From NCBI GenBank assembly GCA_013239625.1, contig MU054001.1, forward strand, positions 3,106,151-3,170,150: 64,000 nt of DNA, given 5' to 3'. The notes beneath the pieces are model-generated. The model saw only the letters and a program-made list of their open reading frames with translations, was not told where the DNA came from and searched no databases. The position numbers and the translations under genes were made by a program. Source of the stretch: Lama guanicoe. Taxonomy: Eukaryota. This document shows positions 52,226-64,000 of the stretch, in pieces; within the stretch, counting starts at the first letter, position 1; every line of letters begins with the position of its first letter.

Positions 52226-52868
52226 CTCTGATAGTGTCGCTGTGGTCAACGATTGCATTTATAATTAGAGATATTTAAAGTTCTAAATCTGTATTATGTT
52301 AACACATCAGAAATCTGCATTCCTTCATCCTATAGTTTATCCCATGTCAGAAACATCTTCACTGAATCTCATTTTATTGCTAGGCCTTTGGTTTTTATCA
52401 CAAGATGTCTAGAGAACGGACACTCTCCACTTTAATACTCTGTGGAATACCCAGTTCTCTGTGATGCTGTATATATTTAGAGACAAGAAGAAGATGATTG
52501 CTTCTAAAAATAGTGAGCTTTCTCTTAATAAGTAATAAAGAGCAATTGACCTATCATGTTTCTCCATTTTTGCCTTGATTCCAAGGAAGCTCGATATTAA
52601 ATTTAATATTAAATTAAAACAACAAAGTTAGCCTTCAAAGCTTTTGAGTATTTTTAATGCTTCATCTTGTATCTGCTTTTTATTGTATCTTCTAGTCCTT
52701 TTGGAACTGATATATAAATAGCACATGTACATGAAATAATGTATGCCAAGAATATAATAAGTATTGATTTACTTAAAAAATAACATCTATCATCAGCTCA
52801 TTGGATACTTATTCTTTTTATATGGAGGCCAACCATGTGACCCAACTGGATCAGAAAAGGAGAGAGAC

Positions 52869-53338
52869 TGTTGCAGATTGATAGGCTAATGCCTCCCATG
52901 AATGAGTGAATCAATGAATCACATCTCCCAGTATTCACATTTTTATGTAGCATCCTTTCATATGAACATTGAGTCTGGTCATGTGACGTGCTCTAGCCAA
53001 TAGGACCATCAGCAAATATGTTGCAAGCAGAATCTTGATCAGCGATTACAAGTATGGGGGCTTGCCCTTATGAAATGTTGCTTCCACCATGTGAGACAGC
53101 CAGGTTCAGCTTCACTGAAGATAAAAGACCACACAGAGAGGGGCCCAACTACCACAGCTTTCCTAGCGGAGCCCAGGCCCACAGATTTGCCAGCTTTGTG
53201 CAACCTCATGAGTGTGTCCACAAAAACAAGCAGAGGAGTCATCCAAGCAGCCCATGGAATCCTGGGAATTAATAGATTCTCTTTTCAAGCCTCTCAGTTT
53301 TAGAGTGACTTGTTACACAGCAATAGATAACTGATACA
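52869..53338 (+). mobile_element. MaLR solo LTR, MLT1F/G/H-like, near full length
   Basis: Starts tgttgcagattg. Internal ctggtcatgtgacgtgctctagccaatagga. Ends ttgttacacagcaatagataactgataca. Confidence 0.85.
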
Positions 53339-53532
53339 TGTGTCCAAAGACTTCTCTTAAGGACAAAATTCTAGAGAATTGTGGCTAAGTATTTGGGTCT
53401 AGTAAGCACTTAGCACATGCCTTAGACCATCAAGGCCTCCTTGAAGAACTTATCATGCCAGGAAGTAAAACATATTTTCTGAGAACCTATCACACATAAG
53501 GAATCTCTCTGGAGCCAGGGGTTACATTGATA
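53081..53532. repeat. Right arm of inverted duplication (partner 51501-51956)
   Basis: Ends ...ggagccaggggttacattgata, the reverse complement of tatcaatgtaacccctggctcc at 51501. Confidence 0.97.
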
Positions 53533-54884
53533 AAAACACATAATCACTATCTCCAAAGAGCATAATAAATTATAAGGCCAAAATAATTTAGATGGTTGGG
53601 ATTGCAAGATAAACAGATGAATAAAAACTATTTTAAAAAGCCTAGAAACAAATCCTAATAAATATAAGCATGTGATATACCCTAAAAGCAGAAGCCCATA
53701 TCAAAGGCATATAAAAATAGAATTAAAAGGATTTTTTCGTGCATGGTACTAAAACAATAAGTTAGCTACTAGGGAAAAACTCTAAGACTTCATTTCAAAT
53801 TGAATATATGGAGAAAAGTAGTAGTATGTTCATATTGAATTTCATAAATATTCAGAATTTTAATACCTGGTTATTGAACTAGGTGTATTTTAATATCATC
53901 CATAATAGAAGTAGTTATGCCATATTAATTGGCAAATGCTACAAATCAGGGCTTTTATCTATTTACTTATTTATCTGTCTATTTATTAATTGGTATTTTT
54001 TTTTTGAGACCTGATTTACCAGCACACCATTGGCAATGGGAGATATTTATACATTTGACCTCAAATATATTTAAAATTTGTTTTTGAAAAATCTAGAAAA
54101 ATGAAGATGAATGAACAGTATAGTTCATATATGTCAAAAAATAGGTACATGCATAAAGAAAAACATCACAAGGAAAGTATTCATCCTTTTTTTTCTTTAT
54201 ACCAGTCTGTAGTTTCCAAATTTTCCACAATGAGCAATATCTTGCTTGTCATCATTCCAAAAATTAAAAGAAAATGAAACAATCTTTGAAAATCTAATTT
54301 TACAAAAAGAAAATAGAAAAGTTCTCCCTCTTCAAAATAGTAAAAATGGTTAATACTTAAACACCAGGCAGTGGACTAGGGAATTGATGTTTCCGTTGAA
54401 TCCTCATCACAGTCCCAGTTTGCCAATGGTCATACGTGACTTAGCCAAGGTCATACAGGTAGTAAGCAACAGAATAAACATCTACATTCTTTTCACCATA
54501 CGGTGCCGGTTGCAGTATTGAACTGGGACACATGTCAATAGTCATCTTAAATTACTGATTCTCATGAAAGTCTATAAAATTTCATAAAATTCATAGATCC
54601 CTAGGTCTCTCAAGCTTTCACATAGAGGCTATTTATTTTCACTGTAGTTCAAATGACACAAAGCATGATGCAAACAGTAAATCAGGACATGAAGGTGCCA
54701 ACTCTAGAGGCACCCAGGCAACTAAAACAAGTGACAGTTGACAGCTTAAGACTGTGAGCCACTTACTGACAAGGACTGTCTGTCAGTCCCTGTTATGTCC
54801 TTACTGCTTAGCTCATGGCTGGCCCATGGTAGGCCCTCCGTACAGGATGGCTCTTCTTTCCTTTTAAACAAGAGTTTTAATTTT

Positions 54885-55445
54885 TCTATAGTCACTGTGT
54901 TTTACATTAGGTGCTCAAACCTTATTCATTTTATAGCTGAAAGTTTGTACCCTTTTACCAACCTCTCTCTATTTCCCTCACCCCCCTGCCCCTGGCAACC
55001 ACTTTCTACTCTTTATTTCTATGAGTCTGATTTTTTTCTTTCCTTTTTTCTTTTCTTTTTAAGATTTACATATGAGAGTTATCATGCAGTATTTGTCTTT
55101 CTCTGACTTATTTCATTATGTCCTGAAGGTCCATCCATGTTGTAATAAGTGGCAGGATTTTCTTCTTTCTCATAGCTGAACAGTATTTCATTGTATATGT
55201 ATGTATCACATCTTCTTTATCCATTCATCTCTTGATAGATACTTGGGTAATTTCCATATCTTGGTTATTGTGACTAATGTTGCAGTGAACATGGGAGTGT
55301 TGCTGTCTCTTTGATATCTTGTTTTCATTTGCTTTAAATACATACCCAGAAGTGGGATTGCTAGGTCATATGCTAGTTCCAGTGTTAATTTTTTGAGGAA
55401 CCTCCATATTGTTTTCCATAGTGGTTGCACCAATTTATATTCCTA
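54885..55445 (-). mobile_element. L1MA-type fragment (L1MA9-like), 3' UTR to ORF2 end
   Basis: ctgaaagtttgtacccttttaccaacctctc...gtgggattgctaggtcatatg...ttttgaggaacctccatattgttttccatagtgg. Minus [19 protein letters not shown] is the L1 ORF2 C-terminus. Confidence 0.9.
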
Positions 55446-56294
55446 ATGAATTTTTTTGAATAAATGAAGAATGGCAAAGAGAAAGAAAGAGATGAAGAAA
55501 GGGCAGGAGTAGAATAGGAAGGTAAACAATAGGGCAAAGATAGAAAGGGAAATAGAAGAAAATTACCAAGAAGCAAATGCAATAAATAAAAAACCATAAT
55601 GATAAAGGCCCAGGTCGTGTAGAAGTCATCCGATGCACCTCACTTGCCTCAGAGTGCATCTCAGTTAAGCTACAGCCAGAACAAGAGGTGATGTTCAGAA
55701 TTAAGACCACAAATCATCAGAAAGATTAAATAATACTTGGTATAATCTTACTCAGAAGGCATGGACAATACAGAGTGCATTTTAGAAATATTTCTTTCAT
55801 AAGTGATCATGTTTGGTATTTAGAAGGGTTAATATCAACCATGAAGAAGATTCATTTTTCTATACCTGCTCATTCCCAAACCTTGGGAATCATTATCTTT
55901 GATTATGAACACTTTTCCATTCAAATGAATCCTGCAATGAAATTGATGACGAAGGGAGCCTTGAAAGGTCCGTTTAGATATTCATATGTGTAGCTGTTAC
56001 CAGTATCTCACCGTCACCTCAGAAGTTCAAACATTCCTTGAAAATTGTTTCTTTGTGTATTTGGTTTTGTTTTTTTTCCACAAACTGTCTTATCTGTCTT
56101 TACGTCCTCTGGAATTTTTATTCATCTTCCTTATTCCTTGATTTTAGAATGATTTCTTTTTTTTTTTTTTTCAGTTCTAAAACAGAAACAAGAAGATGGA
56201 CAGAAAAAGAAAAAAAAAAAAAAAAAAAAAAAAAGAAACCAGCAGCAGCAGCTGGGTGGGATATGGTCACGGTTATCAACACCCAATCAAGAGT

Positions 56295-56510
56295 TAAGTA
56301 GACCTGGGTTGTCCTTCTCTGGGGTTATTTGCTGAGATCTGATCACCCTGTTCACCTGCTCTTCCTCAGCATCCCTGTGTAAAAGTGAGCACGATTGTTT
56401 CTCTCTCAATGTAGGAGGATATGAGTAGGAAATGATGTAATGCTGGATCCAGTTCTTGTGATAGCACCTGGTGCATCATAAACACTCAAAAAATGAAAAC
56501 TATAATTATT
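56295..56510 (+). mobile_element. Degraded MIR
   Basis: agacctgggtt...gcacctggtgcatcataaacactcaaaaaatg. Confidence 0.5.
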
Positions 56511-58341
56511 GAACTAAGTACAAAATAATCTTTCAAACTTGTATTGGGATTATATTAAAAATTTTTTTTTGATTCTTGTACTTTGAGTTAGAAATAAAAT
56601 CCAGGCTCCAAACTTCTGGTTAAAATGCTAGCTTCTAAACTCATTTTAAATTCTAGGTCATCTCTGGGGTACTTCTTATAACTTTAACAAGATTTTGTAG
56701 GGTACATGCAGTTAAGGTGATGTTTAAATTGTGAGCTTTATTTTTGACTGAAAATAATATGTTAGCATTATTACACAGTTGTTTAACAGCTGAATCCTAC
56801 AACAGAGCATTCTCCCTCTCCTGGGTAGAGGACTTCAAATATTAATTGAATTTGCTATGGGTAATTTTGGTCCAAAGTTTAGTGAGCATTGGCTGGATAA
56901 CTCCAATTCCTGTTTGTCATTTTCTTCAAAAAGATTGGATCCCTCCTACTCTTGTGCTTTTGATATCAGACTCAATAAACACACCGAGCAAACAAACAAA
57001 CCCAACAAATCCAGTAAATCCCTTGAATTCAGAGCCATGTTTAAAAAATCCAAAATCCATGCCTTCTGACCCAATGATTGATGACACACCTCTCTTGCTG
57101 CCCTTTAATGAGCCAGCCACACAGGAACCCCAGAAAGGGAGGGCTGCAGGGAAGCCCAAATCTTGGACGTCAAGCCATGGCAGAATGGAAGCTCTCATCC
57201 CCAAACCCTGTATTTGTAGGTGGACATTGGCTTTTTAGAGAAAAGGTCATCATAAAATTTGTTGCACGCTTTCCCACAACTTCCAGCCTTGCTGTCACAT
57301 GCCAGCTAGCTCTGTGGGCTCCTTTTAAAGGCCAAGGAAGCTTACAGTATCCTACTTGTATTTTCTCTCTTATTGGCCTTCCTTTTAAATGGACTTCTGG
57401 GGAGGAAAAGATGCATTAATCACAGAGACCCCAGTTCTTCTCATAGGATACATGTCTTTATCTACCAGTGTAACTTTAACTGGGTCCCATTTATTTCTAC
57501 TGGGCACACTCTCCAGTCTTATTTTGACCTCCTGTTTGACACAAGGGGCAAACAAGACATCCTCTAGGGAATTCCAGCCAACTTTGGGTTTCTATGGACT
57601 TCTGTCCTTTCTAGAGTTATTTTACAGCAAATTCACAGGTCTCCAAATCATACATTTCCCTCCCCGAGAATTTTACCAAGATTTACAACACAAGGCAGCC
57701 CTGCTGATGAGAGAAATGAACCAACTACCTTTATTTATTTATTTTTTTTCTTTCCATGATGAAAAAGTCACAGTGCCTCATTTGTTCTCAAGCTTGGCTT
57801 TGAGAAGTAACCTGCTCTCTTTGCTAACAAAAAGGAAATTTCAGGGGATTCCTTTTCTCAAGTTATTTACCCTTGCAGGAACCCTTATTCTGGCTAAGCT
57901 CATGCTCTCTATTCAAAAACCATCCTTCTGGCTTCCTTCAAGTCCCTTCTTCCCTGAAAATCTTGACAGGATTACCTAGGCTGCACATCTCAGAGCATTA
58001 AACATGTATTTTATTCATTTTGGTAATTGATAACATATTGCATTGTACTTATTTCTAATTAATTTTCAGCATATAGATGTCCCCCATATAGAGGGTGAAT
58101 CTTAAATTCTTTCTGTTCTTCATGTGGTAAACTCTTACTCTCTAATCAATCCATAGATACCCAACGAATGCTGGTTAAATTGGATTTCTGTGATGAATGT
58201 TTTTATAAATTCTAGATATTTCCATAGAAGCATTAAAGATAAAGGGAGGTTGAAAGAAAAATCAGACACTTCTAGAGCAATTAATGCAAGTGAAACAATC
58301 ACATGAATTCTTGATTTAAAGACACCGAATCATTAGGATTA

Positions 58342-58550
58342 GGGGTTCAGGACTAGCAGATACACACTATTATATATAAAACAGATAAACAACAAGGACT
58401 TACTATATAGCACAGTGAACTATATTCAATATCTTGTAATAACCTATAATGAAAAAGAATATATACATGTATAATTGAATCACTATGCTCTACATCAGAA
58501 ATTAACACAGCATTGTAAATCAACTATACTTCAATTTAAAAAAAAAAAAA
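58342..58550 (+). mobile_element. Cetartiodactyl-type L1 3' end with poly(A)
   Basis: tagcagatacacactattatatataaaacagataaacaacaagg...gaaattaacacagcattgtaaatcaactatacttcaattt followed by an A run. Confidence 0.9.
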
Positions 58551-61039
58551 GGAAGAAAATGTCTCATCTGGTAGAAATCTCCAACCAATCTTGAATTCTT
58601 ACTAACCCTTCCTAAGAAGTTATTGAAAGAAGCGTTTTCCAATATGTTAAGGTAAGTGGGGTCACCTTAAAAATTTTAAGCAAGCCAAAGAGAAAAGAAA
58701 AGGGAGAGAGAAAGAAAACACATAAATGACTCTTCATGTTCAATTATAGTATATGTCACACCTATGTATTTGAAACATACACACGGACGCCATAGGAACC
58801 CAGTTTTCTGTTACTTGCTCCAAGTTAAATTCCAAGTAATTGGTCAGTGGGATTAAAAGCACTGGGATACAGTGCACGTTTAATGGCCTCACACCTGCCT
58901 TCCCGTAAAGCTGCAGCCTATTCCTGTTCTATAACCTTTAAAGCTCGCCACCAGCAATTTACTGATGCAGCCAATTAGACGACAAAGGAGGCAAGATTTC
59001 AGAAGCCCTTTCAGCGGGATCAGCCATTCGGGCCTAAAACACAAGGAGCTGTTGCCCTGCTGAGATTCTTGCTGAGAACATTCACGGCTGTCTTCCAGGT
59101 TGGAGCTCGGCTGAATTCCTTTCACATTCTGAAATTACTAGTTTCAGGATACATTGTCACCAAGAAACGTGTTGCCAGACCATCAGCCATCTCGTCTTTT
59201 TGCCCTGATTCTAATTTCTATCTGGTTACTTCTACAGAGCAAGTGTCATCCCATCAAGACTTCCGTTGGCAAGTCCCCACCGGTAAAATAGACCCTTTGG
59301 CGATGTCGAGAGCTGGAAAGAAGCGTGGTAGTTAGGGTGACTTTGCCCCAAATGATCATCGGCAAACGGGTAGGATTAACAACCACACACTCATGACATT
59401 TACTTTCTCACATTTTTATTTTCAATAACATCTTGATCCTTCTGGCCTTTTTGCTTTACTGCTGTGTTCTGATCTGTTCATTAAAACCTTAACCTATGAA
59501 ATGTTTAAGTCCCAAAGGATATCTACCAGGTAGGAAACATGAAACATAAAATTATTAATTTTCTAATTTTCTTGTAGAGCTGGGCAGCAGAGTTCCTGAA
59601 TCTTAGGGAATGCCCTTGGCTGACATAGAAAGGACTCCCATTCTTTTTCGAGCTGGGAGAGGAGCTGCCCATGGAAAAGACAGGTTCTGCTGCTGAAATC
59701 AGTGAGCAAACGGAGGAGTTTCATGTGCAGGTCCTTTGGTACGAAGTACTTTTCTGACATGAGAGATTTTTCTGGCAAAAATGCCTGCTCAGCGTTCATT
59801 TCCTTTGGCGTGTTTCCTAACAACTGTCTACCTTTCATTGATTGCTCTTAAATAAGAGTACTAAAAAATAAAGAAATAAAAATCTTGACATTTTGATCAA
59901 GATTCTGCTTAAATCTTAAAACAAATGACCCTTGATGATTTTCAAGTAGATGTTTTCATGGTTTCTGTTTTGTTTTAAATGAAATTTGATAACAAATACA
60001 GGTAAGAGAGACATGATATCAGAGCTTCTAATTAAATTTCACTTTCTCAGTCCGTGGGAAGACCAAAATTAAAGCTCACAGAATTTTGCATCATATCAAA
60101 TTGACTGGTTTCAGTTAATGAGAAATATCTATGTAATATTTATGCCAGAAGTTATCCAAGCTTTCAAGACACCTTTAAAATGTGCTAATTTGGAATTTGA
60201 TGTATTAATGTGCTCATTTGACAGCTTTCTTTAAAAAAAAAAAGAAATTAAGTAATTAGGTTTGCTGTTATATTTAAATATACTTTCCAGTATGTCCTTA
60301 TGGGGTGCCTTCTTTAAATATATCTCTAAAAATGCAACAAAAGTAAAAATACATTGCAGATGAAGAAAAATAGAGTAGTACCCCCAATCCCCTTTCTATG
60401 ACATTTTCTTATGTTGTATAGAAAACCTACATCCCTTCAAAATTTAGCTCTCAAAACTCCATTCAACTAAAAGAAAAAGATCCAAAAAAATATGTTTATA
60501 TATAAAAGAGATCAGCAGAAAGAGATTTACACTAGTTAATTATCTTTGTGCTGGTTGTTTTTGTTTGCTTGTGAAGAAATGAAAACTCTGTATTGGTTGC
60601 AGTTAAGCTGACTTCAGGATTATATGCCCCAGAAGAATGAATTTTGAAGATTAACATTAAAAAAAAATCTTTTACACTTCTTTCAAAACTGCCTGGGAAA
60701 AGAAAATAAATGCAGGTGATGTGCTGATCCAATTTCACCTCACCATTGAGAACTATCGAAAATTATACTATACAGAAAACGGTTTTCCATAAGAAGAATT
60801 TTGAACAAATTTGAGCATCTAATTGCATATGAAAACAAGAGGCCGTGTGGTGCTAGATCTGAATCCCTCCTAATCAGGGTTTGTTTGATGCCCTTTGAGG
60901 GGGAAACAAGTATTTTTGTACAAGTATAAATGAGTTATGTGAATTGCCAACATCAGGGTGCACTTCTGACTCCAGGTGGATAATCATTCTACCCTGACAT
61001 TACCTCACTTCCCCTGCAGAATATGGAAACCACAAGAAG

Positions 61040-61245
61040 CAGGGGCTTTGAGGATAAAAGGTCTGGATTCCAACATTAGCTTGCAACTGACTAGCTGGGT
61101 CTCCTTGGGGAATACACTTCAATGAACCTCAGTTTTTCCACCTGTAAAATGGAGGTGGTTTGAAGGACTGGTTCAGACAATTCATGGAAAACATTAAGCA
61201 ACATCCTGGCATGTGGTATAAACTCAATAAATGCTATTAATTATT
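61040..61245 (+). mobile_element. MIR SINE
   Basis: gactagctgggtctccttgggg...cctcagtttttccacctgtaaaatggagg...cctggcatgtggtataaactcaataaatgctatt. Confidence 0.85.
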
Positions 61246-61624
61246 ATAGCAGGAATACCATGAACCTTTGTAGAACTGAATCATGTAGGCTGACAGGAGA
61301 GAAGCTAGAGGTTGCAAAATGCCTGGCAGTGCCTCTCGTGAAGCAGCAAGATGCTTTGCCTTCAGAGATTTTTCAACTGAAAAGTTATAGGTGGGGTTTT
61401 GACTCAAGGCAGGTGTAAAGAGAACTGAGCAGAGTGAGGGGAAATGTTGAGAGAAGCAGCGACCTGCAGACACATAAAAATGGGGTTAGAGGCTGGGAGG
61501 AGTAGCAAAGTAGACATTCTTGGAATTAGGAAGTTTGAAGTTCATTTACCACTTCTGCCCATTATGAATTGTACGGGTTCAGCTGACTGCCAGAGCGATC
61601 CTCTGCCCTCTCTTCGTGCCCTTG

Positions 61625-61790
61625 GATGTCTTGTGGTAAAGATGGTGCGTCCTCTATCAGCCTGGGCCCCTGAGTGACCGCGTGGGGCAGCCTCCTCCTG
61701 ATACTCCTCCCACACCTATGTCGACTGGACCTTTTGTGAGTGGAAAATTAATGTACATTATGTTAAACCACTGAAATGGAGAGATTATCA
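61625..61790 (+). mobile_element. Old LTR 3' fragment (MLT1/LTR16-like)
   Basis: tcagcctgggcccctgagtgacc...ttgtgagtggaaaattaatgtacattatgttaaaccactgaaat. Confidence 0.55.
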
Positions 61791-63284
61791 TAACTGGATA
61801 GGCCTCCAAGGGGCACCCAAACCTTTTCTCTCTTTTTTTTTTTTGCCCCCAAAATTAAGTATGTGATCCAGCCTTTACCCAGTAGGAATATTTTACGTTT
61901 TAACTCTATTTCTCCTTAAAATGTAAACAAGGCAAATTGTTCTTGGCACTTAATTAATTCTGTTTATAGAGGTAACTTCATCTTCAAGGAAATTCTAAGT
62001 AAATTTACATCAAAGCAACTGTATTAGGGGTACATAAATTTTAGGACATTAAAGGGCCACCCACAGGGAGAAATGGGGCAATGTAATGAATCTACATTCA
62101 TCCAAACATCTCTCTCCCAACTAAAAACTCAGCACAGGTTGTAGCCAAAAAAAACCAAACCAAAACAAAACAAAACCAAATAAACAAAAACCCTGGAAAA
62201 CAAAATTATGCATCAGTGTTTTACTTACACAGTATTATCAAATACATTTTAGGATGCTTTTTGAAAATGAAAGTAATTTTATTGTTTTTTCTCATTATAA
62301 AAGGAATGCATCTTTTAAAAATATTTAGAGAATACACAAAGTTAAAAAAAAAAGCCAAGATTATCTATAATCTCACTACCCAGAGGCAACTCCACTAGTA
62401 CTAGACTATATGAGATACTTATTTCCACCAACCCTCATTGACCCTGGATGGCCTCATCGTTCACTGTACTCTGCCAAAGTGGTAGGAGGTAAATATCGCA
62501 CCCTTGTGTTAGTTTTTATTCCCTTGATTACCTGTGAGTATTGGTTATGTGTATTTCCTTTCCTACATTTTTCTGTACTTTTTTTCTTTTGACATGTTCA
62601 TCTCTTATTGGTTTTTTAAAAGTTCTAAACCGAATTGAATTTGAATTTTCTAAATAGAAAATAAATTTGAATACCTCTCTATATTTATTTTTCTGAATCT
62701 ATTTGAGTATTTCAATACTGCAAAATAGAGCTAGATAATCTTCCCTGATAGAGCTTTTCTGAGCTTGTGGAAATATTATTAGTTTTAATCTGCATAAGGA
62801 TTGGACACATCACATATCGGGGTCTTCTCCCACTGTGGGGAGTTAGGTTCAGACATTCTTAACATACATGATCTCATTTAACTTTTGATGTGAAATTGTT
62901 TATAATTGACAAAGAAAAAGACCGTAAGTTCGAGCTTTTATTAAGTGACTGATGCTGTGGGTACTAGATACAGCTTATTTTTTTTTTAATACTTTTAAGT
63001 GATGTTCAAAAAAATTTTAAGGCATCTAGTGACAGCTAAAGCTGTCATTCTATCTCCCTTGAAGATTTTTCAGGTCTGGAACATAAGACAGGATAAAAAT
63101 CAAAATAATAATCACTTTACTTTAATCTATACTTCAAAATTCTCAAATTGCTCTGAGTACTACTTTTACAGTTGATTTAATATCAGTCTTACAATAATGC
63201 CAGCATATTCATCATTACTTTTTTGAAAGGTAGGACAGATCAAAATTTTGAAACATCGCATGACTTTCTTGAATCACAGTGAAG

Positions 63285-63525
63285 AATAATAATAATAATA
63301 ATAAATGGCATTTAAGATTTAGTATGCCCTTTATTATGCAATAAATCAAGTACAGCATGCCATTTCACATTAAATCATAACAACCATATTCTACAGATGA
63401 GAAACATAAAGCTCAGAGAAGAGAAATGACTGCCCCAAGGTCACACAGCAAGTAGATGGTAGAGCCATGACTTCAACCTGGGCAGAGTCTAGAACCTGGT
63501 CCTTTGAGCAGCACTGATTAACTCC
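63285..63525 (-). mobile_element. MIR SINE with (AAT)n tail
   Basis: (aat)n at ~63285-63303, then tacagatgagaaacataaagctcagagaagagaaatgactgccccaaggtcacacagcaagt. Confidence 0.9.
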
Positions 63526-64000
63526 ACTGGACAAATGGCAAATCAGTATTAGCTACAGAACCAAGGCCTAGGGATTAACTCTGACATAAACTTGGAACTT
63601 TACTATTTGCCTATTCTTATCACCAAAGATTTTTCTTATCTTAAAAGAGTTTCTCCAAGCAGCTCTAAGGCTAGGGTGGGGCTTGCTTATAACAGGGAGT
63701 CGATGAAAGAATGGCACGGTTCACCAGTCAGACTTTTCCCAATTATAAGCAATTTTAACTTTCCCTCGAATCTGTAATTAGAGGATTATTGCAAACTCAA
63801 TATATAGGTTACTGATTTTGAAGTATGCATGTAAGAATTCTGACAATAACTGAACAAAAGTCACATGCCTCAAAAATGTTTAAGAACCCACTGCTTAATT
63901 TTTGCACACGGAGATCTTCAAACAGTATAGAAGTGGTTCTTAGCATAGAAGTTTTCAGGAAAAAGATACTCTACACCAAAGTGTGTAGATGAAAGCTGTC

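Noticed and set aside
52594..52609. 16-bp palindrome atattaaatttaatat in the inverted-repeat spacer
   Set aside because: A/T-only low complexity and not at the symmetry centre; likely chance.
57389..57979. 196-aa plus-strand ORF
   Set aside because: Leu/Phe/Ser-rich translation typical of pyrimidine-rich non-coding DNA; no family resemblance or exon context.
58645..60055. Consensus-like splice donors (aagGTAAGT ~58652, cagGTAAGA ~60002) and an acceptor (tttctcAG ~60050) as possible exons
   Set aside because: No consistent exon with an open frame could be built. Such sites occur by chance. A lncRNA cannot be excluded without RNA-seq.

Overview
Non-coding mammalian genomic DNA (intronic or gene-desert). 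I find no credible protein-coding exon, RNA gene or CRISPR array. The only ORFs resembling a known protein are decayed LINE-1 ORF2 C-terminal fragments. The window is rich in ancient repeats (MIR, L2, L1M, MaLR/MLT1 and MLT2 LTRs, one MER58B-like hAT element). It also has younger L1 3' ends that look cetartiodactyl, probably camelid (recalled resemblance; no Alu, Bov-A/B, PRE-1 or Can-SINE seen). There is a 462-N gap inside a (TA)n tract. Repeat subfamily names are by eye and need RepeatMasker/Dfam confirmation. Most notable structures: (1) a ~455-bp inverted duplication (51501-51956 / 53081-53532) around a 1.1-kb spacer, with a sharp identity gradient suggesting arm-to-arm conversion or an invertible segment; (2) a perfect 20-bp palindrome next to a PBX-HOX type site at ~14.2 kb, plus several other repeat-free, homeodomain-motif-dense blocks that look like developmental enhancers; (3) a perfect 4 x 49-bp minisatellite; (4) an exact 181-bp tandem duplication inside a young L1. 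I cannot support a claim of a new biological system from the sequence alone.
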